64,000 nt of DNA, from NCBI GenBank assembly GCA_028716265.1, contig JAQUQD010000001.1, positions 41,888-105,887 on the forward strand. The letters are read 5' to 3'. The notes below the pieces were generated by a model, which did not search any database, was not told where the DNA came from, and saw only the letters and a program-made list of their open reading frames with translations. Shown here piece by piece: positions 56,867 to 64,000 of the stretch. The position numbers and the translations under genes were made by a program. Position 1 is the stretch's first letter; every line of letters begins with the position of its first letter. The DNA comes from Bacteroidales bacterium. Lineage in GTDB: Bacteria > Bacteroidota > Bacteroidia > Bacteroidales > JAGONC01.

Positions 56867-56895
56867 AAGGAGGGATGATGTTTGTTAGGGATGGA

Positions 56896-56915
56896 GGTCA
56901 TTTATGGTCATTTAT
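56896..56915. repeat. Perfect tandem duplication GGTCATTTAT x2
   Basis: Copies at 56896-56905 and 56906-56915, in the 94-nt gap between the membrane-protein and ATPase genes. Confidence 0.8.
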
Positions 56916-56960
56916 AGTTATTCAATTGTTGTAGAATGAATTACAGTAAAATATCAGGAA

Positions 56961-57680
56961 ATGATTGTTGTTAGGGAACTGACTAAGAAATACAGCGGGG
57001 TCACCGTACTGAATATCCCATCTCTTACCATCTCACGAGGCGAAAGCTTCGGACTTGTAGGCAATAACGGGGCTGGGAAAACAACGTTTTTCAGGCTGGT
57101 ACTGGATCTGATACGAGCCAGCAGCGGCTTGGTCCTTTCCAACAACGAGGCCGTGTCGCGGACCGAAACCTGGAAACAGTACACAGGATCGTACCTCGAT
57201 GAAGGCTTTCTCATGGACTTTCTCACACCGGAGGAATATTTTCAGTTCATCGCCCGGATCAATGGCCTTACCCATGGAGATATGACAGAGTTTTATGACC
57301 GTTTCCGGGATTTTTTCAATGACGAGATCCTGGGCAGGAAAAAGCTGATCCGTGACCTTTCCAAGGGTAATCAGAAAAAGGTAGGTATCGCAGCTGCCCT
57401 GATGAGAGAGCCTCAGGTGCTTGTGCTGGATGAGCCCTTCAACAGTTTGGATCCCACTATGCAGATCCGGTTGAAACTGTTGCTTAATGACCTGTATGCC
57501 AAAGCGAATACTACTATGCTCATTTCCAGTCACGACCTCAAGCATGTGACCGAAGTATGCAACCGAATCGTCATCCTGGATAAGGGAGTGATCGTCAAGG
57601 ACATCTTCAGGAGCGAGAACACCCTGAAGGAGCTGGAGGATTACTTTTATACGCAGATCTACCTCCAAACCACCTCATGA
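56961..57680 (+). CDS. ABC transporter ATP-binding protein
   Basis: 239-aa ORF with Walker A GLVGNNGAGKTT, signature LSKGNQKKVGIAAAL, Walker B VLVLDEPFNSLD, and an H-loop SSHD. Its stop overlaps the next start (ATGA at 57677-57680). Confidence 0.92.
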   Translation: MIVVRELTKKYSGVTVLNIPSLTISRGESFGLVGNNGAGKTTFFRLVLDLIRASSGLVLSNNEAVSRTETWKQYTGSYLDEGFLMDFLTPEEYFQFIARINGLTHGDMTEFYDRFRDFFNDEILGRKKLIRDLSKGNQKKVGIAAALMREPQVLVLDEPFNSLDPTMQIRLKLLLNDLYAKANTTMLISSHDLKHVTEVCNRIVILDKGVIVKDIFRSENTLKELEDYFYTQIYLQTTS

Positions 57681-60130
57681 GGCCGCTGTCCCTGTACATT
57701 TTCCTGATATTTCTGTTGGCAGCCCTCCCTGCAGGAGGGCAGACCTATTCCGTCCATGGCAAGGTCGTTGACCTGGAAACCAGGGAAGCATTGGCCTTTG
57801 TCAACATGATCATCAATCATGGGAAGCACGGTGGTGTTACCGACATCGACGGCAAGTTCTCCCTTTCATACCACGAGCCCATCACATCGCTGACGATCAG
57901 TCACATGGGGTATGAAACAGTCATATACCAAGTAGGCGATCAGTCCTGGGGATTGGTGATCAGGCTTAAACCAGCTACGATCGAGCTGGGTGAAGTGGAA
58001 ATCGTGCCGGGAGAAAATCCGGCACACCGTATCATTTCAAATGTCATCGCTTCCAGGGACATGAACGATCCTGAGAAGCTCCCTTCATTTTCCTATACTT
58101 CCTACGACAAGATGTACTTCACCATCAAGAGCGATTCGGCTTTCATCATGGATACCGCTGTTCAGGATACTAGAACCGGCGCGCTCAGGGGATTTCTTGA
58201 AGACAAGTATTTCTTTTTCATGGAAACCGTTTCTGAACGGAAGTTCATGTATCCGGACCACAACCATGAACGTGTTATCGCCTCGAGAATATCCGGTTTT
58301 AAGGATCCCATCATCGTGTTCCTGATCTCGCAGATGCAATCCACTTCCTTTTACGACGATGTGATCAAGATTGCGGATAAGAATTACATCAACCCCATCA
58401 GCAGGGGAAGCACCAGAAAGTATCTCTTCATCCTGCAGGATACGATTTATCACCAAAACACCACTGATACTACATTCATCATCTATTACCGGCCACTTCT
58501 GAACACCAATTTCGACGGACTGGAGGGTTTGTTGTACGTCAACACCTGCAAATGGGCCATCGAAAATGTGACCGCAGAGCCGTATCGTGATGATCAGGGG
58601 CTCAGTATCAGGATCCAGCAAAAGTATGAACTAATGGAGGGGCAATACTGGTTCCCTGTCCAGCTCAATACCGACCTTATGATCCGGTTTGCGGAAGTCG
58701 CTACGGATTCGGCCTCCTACCCGCTGGTCGGGATTGGAAAGAGCTACATCAGGGATGTAAGGATCAATGCGGAAGTGACAAAGAGGGAATTCAGCAATGT
58801 TGAGATTGAGGTCGTACCTGATGCCTTTTCCAAAGCCGATCAGTTGCTGGCGGCCTACCGGATTGACAGCCTGAGCATGAAGGAATCCAACACCTACACC
58901 TATATCGACAGCATCGGCCAGGAGTATCATTTCGATGAAAAAGCCAAAGGATTTGAAACGGTCATGACCGGGAAGATCCCCTGGAAGTGGATCAACTTTG
59001 ATATGCGTAAGTTTCTCAGGTACAATGATTATGAAAGCATCTATGTGGGTTTGGGTGTCGAAACCAACCAAAAGATCTCCAGCCGGTTTTCCCTGGGAGG
59101 CTTTCTTGGGTATGGTTTCCGGGACAAGCACATGAAATACGGAACCCATGTATCCCTGTTTCCCTGGAAGGATGTCGAGATGGAGATCGGACTATCCTAC
59201 CAGAACGATGTTGCCGAGCCCGGAGGTACTCACTACGTTGACGATTTCCTCAAATTCAGTTATGATCAGTACAGAGAACCCCTGCTGATGCGGATGGACC
59301 GGATCGAGAAATTTGAGGGCACTCTCGGATTCAGGTCCCTGTCATACCTGAAAACGTACATAACTTTTGTAAGAACCTATAAAGAGCCTGGCTATGATTA
59401 TTATTTCGGACCTTCGGGAGAGGAGCTGAGCCTTCTCTCCAATTCCTTCCGGTTCACTGAAGGATCGGTCAGTTTCAGGTATGCGTTCAGGGAGAAATTT
59501 TTAAAAAATGTGCGTACAAAGGTGTCTCTGGGGACAAGCTGGCCTGTGGTCTGGCTGACTTATACCAGGGGTTTTGACGGAATACTGGGAGGAGAGTTCG
59601 GCTATAACCGTTTGGACCTCAAAATTCATAAAACCTTTTTCATCAAATACTTTGGTCAAACAGACCTGATGCTTAAAGCTGGATTCATCGACAAGCCATT
59701 ACCGTATACCAACCTTTTCAACGGCAATGGGAGTTACCATGCTTTTACGTTATATGCTCCGCACAGTTTTGCCACCATGAGAGTTAATGAGTTTCTGATG
59801 GACCGTTATGTTGCGCTATATGTGTCACATAGCTTCGGAAAACTCCTTTTAAGGACCAAAGGATTTAACCCCGCGCTGGAACTCACCACGAACATAGGTT
59901 ACGGCTTCCTTAACGATCCTGAATACCATCACCATCTCACCTTTCAGACCATGGATAAAGGATTCTATGAATCTGGTGTCAATATCAATGAGTTATTGAA
60001 TATCACCGGCATTATCTCGCTTGGACTTGGTGTGCATTACAGGTACGGGCCCTATCATCTGGACAGGGAGCTGGATAACTTCGCCTTTAAATTCACGATG
60101 ACCCTTCCGGTCATCAGCAATTCATTTTAA
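57677..60130 (+). CDS. CarboxypepD_reg-like domain + large beta-barrel-like outer-membrane protein (DUF5686-like)
   Basis: 817-aa ORF with the signal peptide MRPLSLYIFLIFLLAALPAGGQ. The N-domain YSVHGKVVDLETREALAFVNMIINHGKHGGVTDIDGKFSL matches the carboxypeptidase-regulatory-like fold seen at Bacteroidota OMP N-termini. The remainder is rich in Y/F/G with an aromatic C-terminus (FKFTMTLPVISNSF). The DUF5686 assignment is from memory. Confidence 0.65.
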   Translation: MRPLSLYIFLIFLLAALPAGGQTYSVHGKVVDLETREALAFVNMIINHGKHGGVTDIDGKFSLSYHEPITSLTISHMGYETVIYQVGDQSWGLVIRLKPATIELGEVEIVPGENPAHRIISNVIASRDMNDPEKLPSFSYTSYDKMYFTIKSDSAFIMDTAVQDTRTGALRGFLEDKYFFFMETVSERKFMYPDHNHERVIASRISGFKDPIIVFLISQMQSTSFYDDVIKIADKNYINPISRGSTRKYLFILQDTIYHQNTTDTTFIIYYRPLLNTNFDGLEGLLYVNTCKWAIENVTAEPYRDDQGLSIRIQQKYELMEGQYWFPVQLNTDLMIRFAEVATDSASYPLVGIGKSYIRDVRINAEVTKREFSNVEIEVVPDAFSKADQLLAAYRIDSLSMKESNTYTYIDSIGQEYHFDEKAKGFETVMTGKIPWKWINFDMRKFLRYNDYESIYVGLGVETNQKISSRFSLGGFLGYGFRDKHMKYGTHVSLFPWKDVEMEIGLSYQNDVAEPGGTHYVDDFLKFSYDQYREPLLMRMDRIEKFEGTLGFRSLSYLKTYITFVRTYKEPGYDYYFGPSGEELSLLSNSFRFTEGSVSFRYAFREKFLKNVRTKVSLGTSWPVVWLTYTRGFDGILGGEFGYNRLDLKIHKTFFIKYFGQTDLMLKAGFIDKPLPYTNLFNGNGSYHAFTLYAPHSFATMRVNEFLMDRYVALYVSHSFGKLLLRTKGFNPALELTTNIGYGFLNDPEYHHHLTFQTMDKGFYESGVNINELLNITGIISLGLGVHYRYGPYHLDRELDNFAFKFTMTLPVISNSF

Positions 60131-60154
60131 GGATAAATATTTTATCTTTACTGC

Positions 60155-61249
60155 ATGAACCGTTTCTTTAATCTGATCATAACGTTACTTGGGATTGGCA
60201 TCATCATTTTCCTGTTCTGGCGGTTCTCGGAGGTGGTGGCCTTTATACTTATCTCCGCAGTCCTTTCCTTTATGGGGCATCCCCTGGTGCACCTGCTCGA
60301 CAGGTTCTCCCTCGGCCGATTCAGAATGCCGCATGTGCTGAGCACGATCATCACCCTGCTGGTCATTCTCCTGGTGATCAGCCTGTTCTTCTATTTTTTC
60401 ATCCCGCTGGTAATGAACCAGTTAGATGTCCTTGCCAGCATTGACTACGGACAACTCCAGGAGAGTCTGGCCAAGCCACTGTCGAGGGTACAGGATCTTT
60501 TGGTACAGTTCAAGCTCCTGTCACCCGATGAAAGCCTTGTATCGCTGATCGGCAGTCATTTTCAGTCGATCCTCAGCTTTAAGTCCATTTCCCATGTTTT
60601 TTCAGATATCATGAGTCTGACCAGCACGATCCTGATCGGAGTGTTTTCGATCATTTTTATGACTTTTTTCTTTTTAAAGGATGATCATTTGTTCTATGAC
60701 GGGATCATGGTGCTCACCCCTTCAAAGTACAAGGACAAGACATCCAAGTCGCTTACCTCCATCCGGGAGCTGCTTTCCCGTTATTTTATCGGGTTGATGG
60801 TTGAGATGGTCTTCATGATCTCCATGCTAAGCCTGGGGTTGACCATACTGGGTGTCAAGAACACGCTGCTGATCGCTTTCCTGGGAGGGATGCTGAATGT
60901 CATCCCGTACCTGGGTCCGTTCATTGCAGGTTTACTGGGCGTGCTGATTGCGGTTTCCACCAGCGTGAACCTTGGGGACTACAATGCGTTGCTAACGATA
61001 GCGCTGAAAGTGGTAGCCACTTTTGTAGTGGTGAAAGGCATAGACGACATGGTTCTGCAGCCCTGGATCTATTCCAGGAGTGTGCGTGCGCATCCGCTGG
61101 AGATTTTCATTGTGATACTGGTTGCTGGCAGCCTGGCAGGTGTTGTGGGGATGATCCTGGCGATACCGGGGTATACTGTGCTCAGGATCGTTGCCAAACA
61201 GTTCCTGAGCCATTTTGAAGTGGTTCAGAACATTACTAAAGGAATCTGA
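60155..61249 (+). CDS. AI-2E family transporter (PerM/UPF0118)
   Basis: 364-aa ORF with 7-8 TM segments. The conserved region LGGMLNVIPYLGPFIAG and the C-terminal PLEIFIVILVAGSLAGVVGMILAIP are typical of the family. Confidence 0.8.
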   Translation: MNRFFNLIITLLGIGIIIFLFWRFSEVVAFILISAVLSFMGHPLVHLLDRFSLGRFRMPHVLSTIITLLVILLVISLFFYFFIPLVMNQLDVLASIDYGQLQESLAKPLSRVQDLLVQFKLLSPDESLVSLIGSHFQSILSFKSISHVFSDIMSLTSTILIGVFSIIFMTFFFLKDDHLFYDGIMVLTPSKYKDKTSKSLTSIRELLSRYFIGLMVEMVFMISMLSLGLTILGVKNTLLIAFLGGMLNVIPYLGPFIAGLLGVLIAVSTSVNLGDYNALLTIALKVVATFVVVKGIDDMVLQPWIYSRSVRAHPLEIFIVILVAGSLAGVVGMILAIPGYTVLRIVAKQFLSHFEVVQNITKGI

Positions 61250-61262
61250 CAGGCGGCCGCGG

Positions 61263-61826
61263 CTAGACGGTCATGATCTCCTTTTCTTTTGTCTCGACGA
61301 TCTTATCCACTCGCTGGATAAATTTATTCGTCATCTCCTGGATTTCCGACTCCAGTTTTTCGGCATCATCTTCAGGTGTGCCCTCATTTTTCAGTTTCTT
61401 GGCGGATTCGTTGGCATCGCGCCGTATGTTCCTGATGGAAACCCTGGTTTTCTCAGCTTCCACGCGCACCTGTTTGGCAAGGTCGCGGCGGCGTTCCTCT
61501 GTCAGGGCCGGGACGATGATGCGGAGCACCTCGCCGTTGTTGATCGGGTTGAATCCCAGGTTTGCCGCCATGATGGCTTTTTCGATCACCCCCAGAATGC
61601 TTTTGTCCCATGGCTGGACAATGATCTGTTTGGGATCTGGTGTGGTGATGTTGGAAACCTGGTTCAGAGGAGTGATCGTGCCATAGTATTCGATCTTCAC
61701 TCCCTCCAGCATGTCCGGGGTAGCCTTGCCTGCCCGTATCTTATGCAATTCCCTTTCCAGGTGGGTGATGGCAAGCTGCATGGTCTCGCGGGTTTCTTCC
61801 AGGCACAGGATGCAATCGTCGTTCAT
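61263..61826 (-). CDS. frr: Ribosome recycling factor
   Basis: 187-aa ORF with LHKIRAGKATPDMLEGVKIEYYG...PLNQVSNIT...QPWDKS...LTEERRRDLAKQV. Confidence 0.95.
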   Translation of the reverse strand: MNDDCILCLEETRETMQLAITHLERELHKIRAGKATPDMLEGVKIEYYGTITPLNQVSNITTPDPKQIIVQPWDKSILGVIEKAIMAANLGFNPINNGEVLRIIVPALTEERRRDLAKQVRVEAEKTRVSIRNIRRDANESAKKLKNEGTPEDDAEKLESEIQEMTNKFIQRVDKIVETKEKEIMTV

Positions 61827-61870
61827 GGATGTAGGTAAAATGGTGTGTTTGTTACAAAAATAGGAAAAAA

Positions 61871-62578
61871 TTATAAGTGGACCAGTGTGCCGATCTTTTC
61901 GCCCAGCAGGATACGTAAGAGGTTCCCCTCAGTATTGGCATTAAAGACCACCAGTGGCAGGTGGTTATCCCTGCAGAGGGTAAAAGCAGTGAGGTCCATG
62001 ACCTTCAGGCCTTTCCGCAATGCTTCGTCGAAGGTGATGTCGTCATACCTGACGGCATTTTGATCCGATTCAGGATCAGCAGAGTAGATCCCGTCTACCC
62101 GGGTTCCTTTGAGGATAATGTCGGCATGGATTTCCAAGGCTCTGAGGACTGCAGCGGAGTCGGTGGTAAAGAACGGATTCCCCGTGCCCCCGGCAAGGAT
62201 GGCCACCTGCCCGTTTCCCAGTGCCTGGTTCACACGGCGGCTGGTGATCTTTTCCGCGACGGATTCGGTCTTCAAAGCAGACAGGACACAGGTACTGACT
62301 CCGAGGGTCTCCAGTGCCTGTTGCAGGGCAAGGCTGTTGATCAGCGTGGCGAGCATACCCATGTAGTCGCCCTGCACCCGGCTGATCCCCTGGCTGGTGC
62401 CCTTCAATCCCCTGAAAATATTTCCTCCACCGATCACGATGGCGATCTGCACTCCCTTCTCGTGTACAGACCGGACCTCCCGGGCAAAGTGATTCAGCCG
62501 GTCCTCATCCAGAGCGGAGGATTTGTTACCCTGGAGCGACTCGCCGCTGAGCTTGAGCAAGACTTTTTTATATTTCAT
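61871..62578 (-). CDS. pyrH: UMP kinase
   Basis: 235-aa ORF with VLLKLSGESL, IVIGGGNIFRG and GTGNPFFTTDSAA. Confidence 0.95.
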   Translation of the reverse strand: MKYKKVLLKLSGESLQGNKSSALDEDRLNHFAREVRSVHEKGVQIAIVIGGGNIFRGLKGTSQGISRVQGDYMGMLATLINSLALQQALETLGVSTCVLSALKTESVAEKITSRRVNQALGNGQVAILAGGTGNPFFTTDSAAVLRALEIHADIILKGTRVDGIYSADPESDQNAVRYDDITFDEALRKGLKVMDLTAFTLCRDNHLPLVVFNANTEGNLLRILLGEKIGTLVHL

Positions 62579-62604
62579 AGCTCTTGGTAAGGATTCATTA
62601 ACGT

Positions 62605-64000
62605 TTATCTGCCATGGCAGTGTTTGTATTTTTTCCCGCTACCACAGGGGCAGGGGTCATTCCTTCCGACTTTTTTCTCCACTTTGACAGGCATCGGACG
62701 CTGTTTCTGCTGCGTATCCGCGTGGGATTGTGAGAGCAGGTCGGTGCGCTCTTCTTTGAGATTTCTCAGGTTCCCCCTGCCACGGATCTGAGCTTCCCGT
62801 ACCTGGCTGGACTCGCGCACGGGCAGGTTCGCCTTTATAATGAAGGAGATGGAGTCCCTGTTGATCCTTTCCAGCATGTTTTTAAATAGCTGAAAGGATT
62901 CGAATTTATAGATCAGCAAAGGATCTTTCTGTTCATAGGTGGCAGCCTGGACCGATTGTTTCAGGTCATCCATTTCCCTCAGGTGTTCTTTCCATGCGTC
63001 ATCAATGGTAGCCAGTGTGACACCTTTATCGATAGCCAGGGCAACTTCTTTTCCCTGGCTTTCATAGGCTTTCTTCAGGTTGGCGATCACGTTCATTGCC
63101 TTCCGGCCATCGGTGATGGGCACCGCAATGTTTTCGTACTGGGAGTTGTTTTCGTATACCTCTTTGATGACAGGATACGCCTGCTGTGCAATGAATTCCC
63201 TTTTTATCCTGTACCGGTTGTAGATCAGGGAAAAGATCTGCTCGGTGAGTGATTTCCCGTCCTGGGCATAAAAGGTCTTTTCGTCGACGGGCGAGTCGAT
63301 TTGAAGCTGTTTCAGCAATTCGATCTTAAATCCGTCAAAATCCCGCTGGTCCTGGAAGTCGTTGACAGTCTTTTCGCATACATCGAATATCATGTTTGAG
63401 ATATCCACTGCCAGTCGTTCCCCGTAAAGGGCGTGCTTCCGTTTGCGGTAGATCACCTCCCGCTGGGAGTTCATTACGTCGTCGTATTCCAGCAGCCTTT
63501 TTCTGATCCCGAAGTTGTTCTCTTCCACTTTTTTCTGTGCCCGTTCAATGGACCTGGTGATCATGGAGTGCTGGATCACTTCACCTTCCTTGATCCCTAT
63601 CCTGTCCATCACTTTAGCGATACGTTCCGAGCCGAACATGCGCATGAGGTCATCTTCGAGGGAAACGAAGAACTGGGAGCTCCCAGGGTCACCCTGGCGG
63701 CCGGAACGCCCCCTGAGCTGACGGTCGACGCGCCGTGATTCATGGCGTTCCGTGCCGATGATGGCCAGTCCGCCCGCGTCTTTCACACCGGGACCCAGCT
63801 TGATGTCGGTTCCACGTCCTGCCATGTTCGTGGCGATGGTCACCGTACCGGCCTGACCGGCTTCCAGGACGATCTGCGCCTCTTTCTGGTGAAGCTTGGC
63901 ATTCAATACGTTGTGCGGGATGCGTTTCATGTTGAGCATGCGTGATAACAGCTCAGAAGTTTCCACCGAGGTCGTACCGACCAGCACCGGCCTTCCGTCA
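62605..64000 (-). CDS. secA: Preprotein translocase ATPase SecA, C-terminal ~465 codons (gene continues beyond the right edge)
   Basis: The frame stays open to position 64000. Motifs include [16 protein letters not shown] and [28 protein letters not shown], and the C-terminal zinc motif [14 protein letters not shown]. Confidence 0.93.
   Translation of the reverse strand, partial: DGRPVLVGTTSVETSELLSRMLNMKRIPHNVLNAKLHQKEAQIVLEAGQAGTVTIATNMAGRGTDIKLGPGVKDAGGLAIIGTERHESRRVDRQLRGRSGRQGDPGSSQFFVSLEDDLMRMFGSERIAKVMDRIGIKEGEVIQHSMITRSIERAQKKVEENNFGIRKRLLEYDDVMNSQREVIYRKRKHALYGERLAVDISNMIFDVCEKTVNDFQDQRDFDGFKIELLKQLQIDSPVDEKTFYAQDGKSLTEQIFSLIYNRYRIKREFIAQQAYPVIKEVYENNSQYENIAVPITDGRKAMNVIANLKKAYESQGKEVALAIDKGVTLATIDDAWKEHLREMDDLKQSVQAATYEQKDPLLIYKFESFQLFKNMLERINRDSISFIIKANLPVRESSQVREAQIRGRGNLRNLKEERTDLLSQSHADTQQKQRPMPVKVEKKVGRNDPCPCGSGKKYKHCHGR

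Noticed and set aside
56875-56934. 19-codon micro-ORF (MMFVRDGGHLWSFIVIQLL) after an SD-like AAAGGAGGG
   Set aside because: The GGAGGG abuts the ATG with essentially no spacing. The peptide is built from the 10-nt tandem duplication, and there is no supporting evidence. It is noted only as part of the spacer observation.
57033-57668. 211-aa minus-strand ORF
   Set aside because: It lies antisense within the ABC ATPase gene, which has complete Walker A, signature and Walker B motifs.
61215-62590. Two plus-strand ORFs of 207 and 209 aa (61215-61838 and 61961-62590)
   Set aside because: They lie antisense to frr and pyrH respectively. Both genuine genes are unmistakable.

Overview
Dense, almost fully coding chromosomal segment with about 57 protein genes. 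Both edges cut genes: sucA on the left, secA on the right. Lineage signals point to Bacteroidota: TAnnTTTG -7 promoter boxes 8-52 nt upstream of many start codons, near absence of Shine-Dalgarno sequences, a type-B T9SS C-terminal sorting domain, a CarboxypepD_reg-fronted outer-membrane barrel, an RprX/RprY-like two-component pair and a split MacB-type permease. Content is mostly housekeeping. It includes 2-oxoglutarate metabolism (sucA, a small ferredoxin, korAB); tilS, dsbD, gap and the lipid A enzymes lpxH and lpxK with a PagL-like gene; proS, mazG, a peroxiredoxin and a HlyD/MacB/TolC efflux set; MoxR, three SurA/PpiD-like chaperones and guaB. Further along come glyA-sixA-ppk1 fused to a Moco cluster (moeA, moaA, moaC, MOSC-MoaB), then priA, pfkA, frr, pyrH and secA. 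I found no rRNA, tRNA, CRISPR array, transposase, integrase, phage or recognisable defence genes, so this is not a classic accessory island. Items worth a second look: (1) a translationally coupled 12-TM protein / ABC ATPase / CarboxypepD_reg barrel module downstream of the two-component system, with no assigned function; (2) a lipoprotein with an aromatic-glycine core and a roughly 300-aa Ser/Arg-rich tail, paired with a FadL/PorV-like barrel; (3) a 430-bp non-coding island holding a decamer array and a roughly 178-nt composite palindrome, whose 29-nt arm recurs right after another stop codon; (4) an ATPase-less MacAB-TolC operon packed behind MoxR; (5) a small secreted Cys-rich protein divergent from the two-component operon, with TTGTTAA direct repeats between them. 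All functional calls rest on motif recognition by eye. No database search was run.
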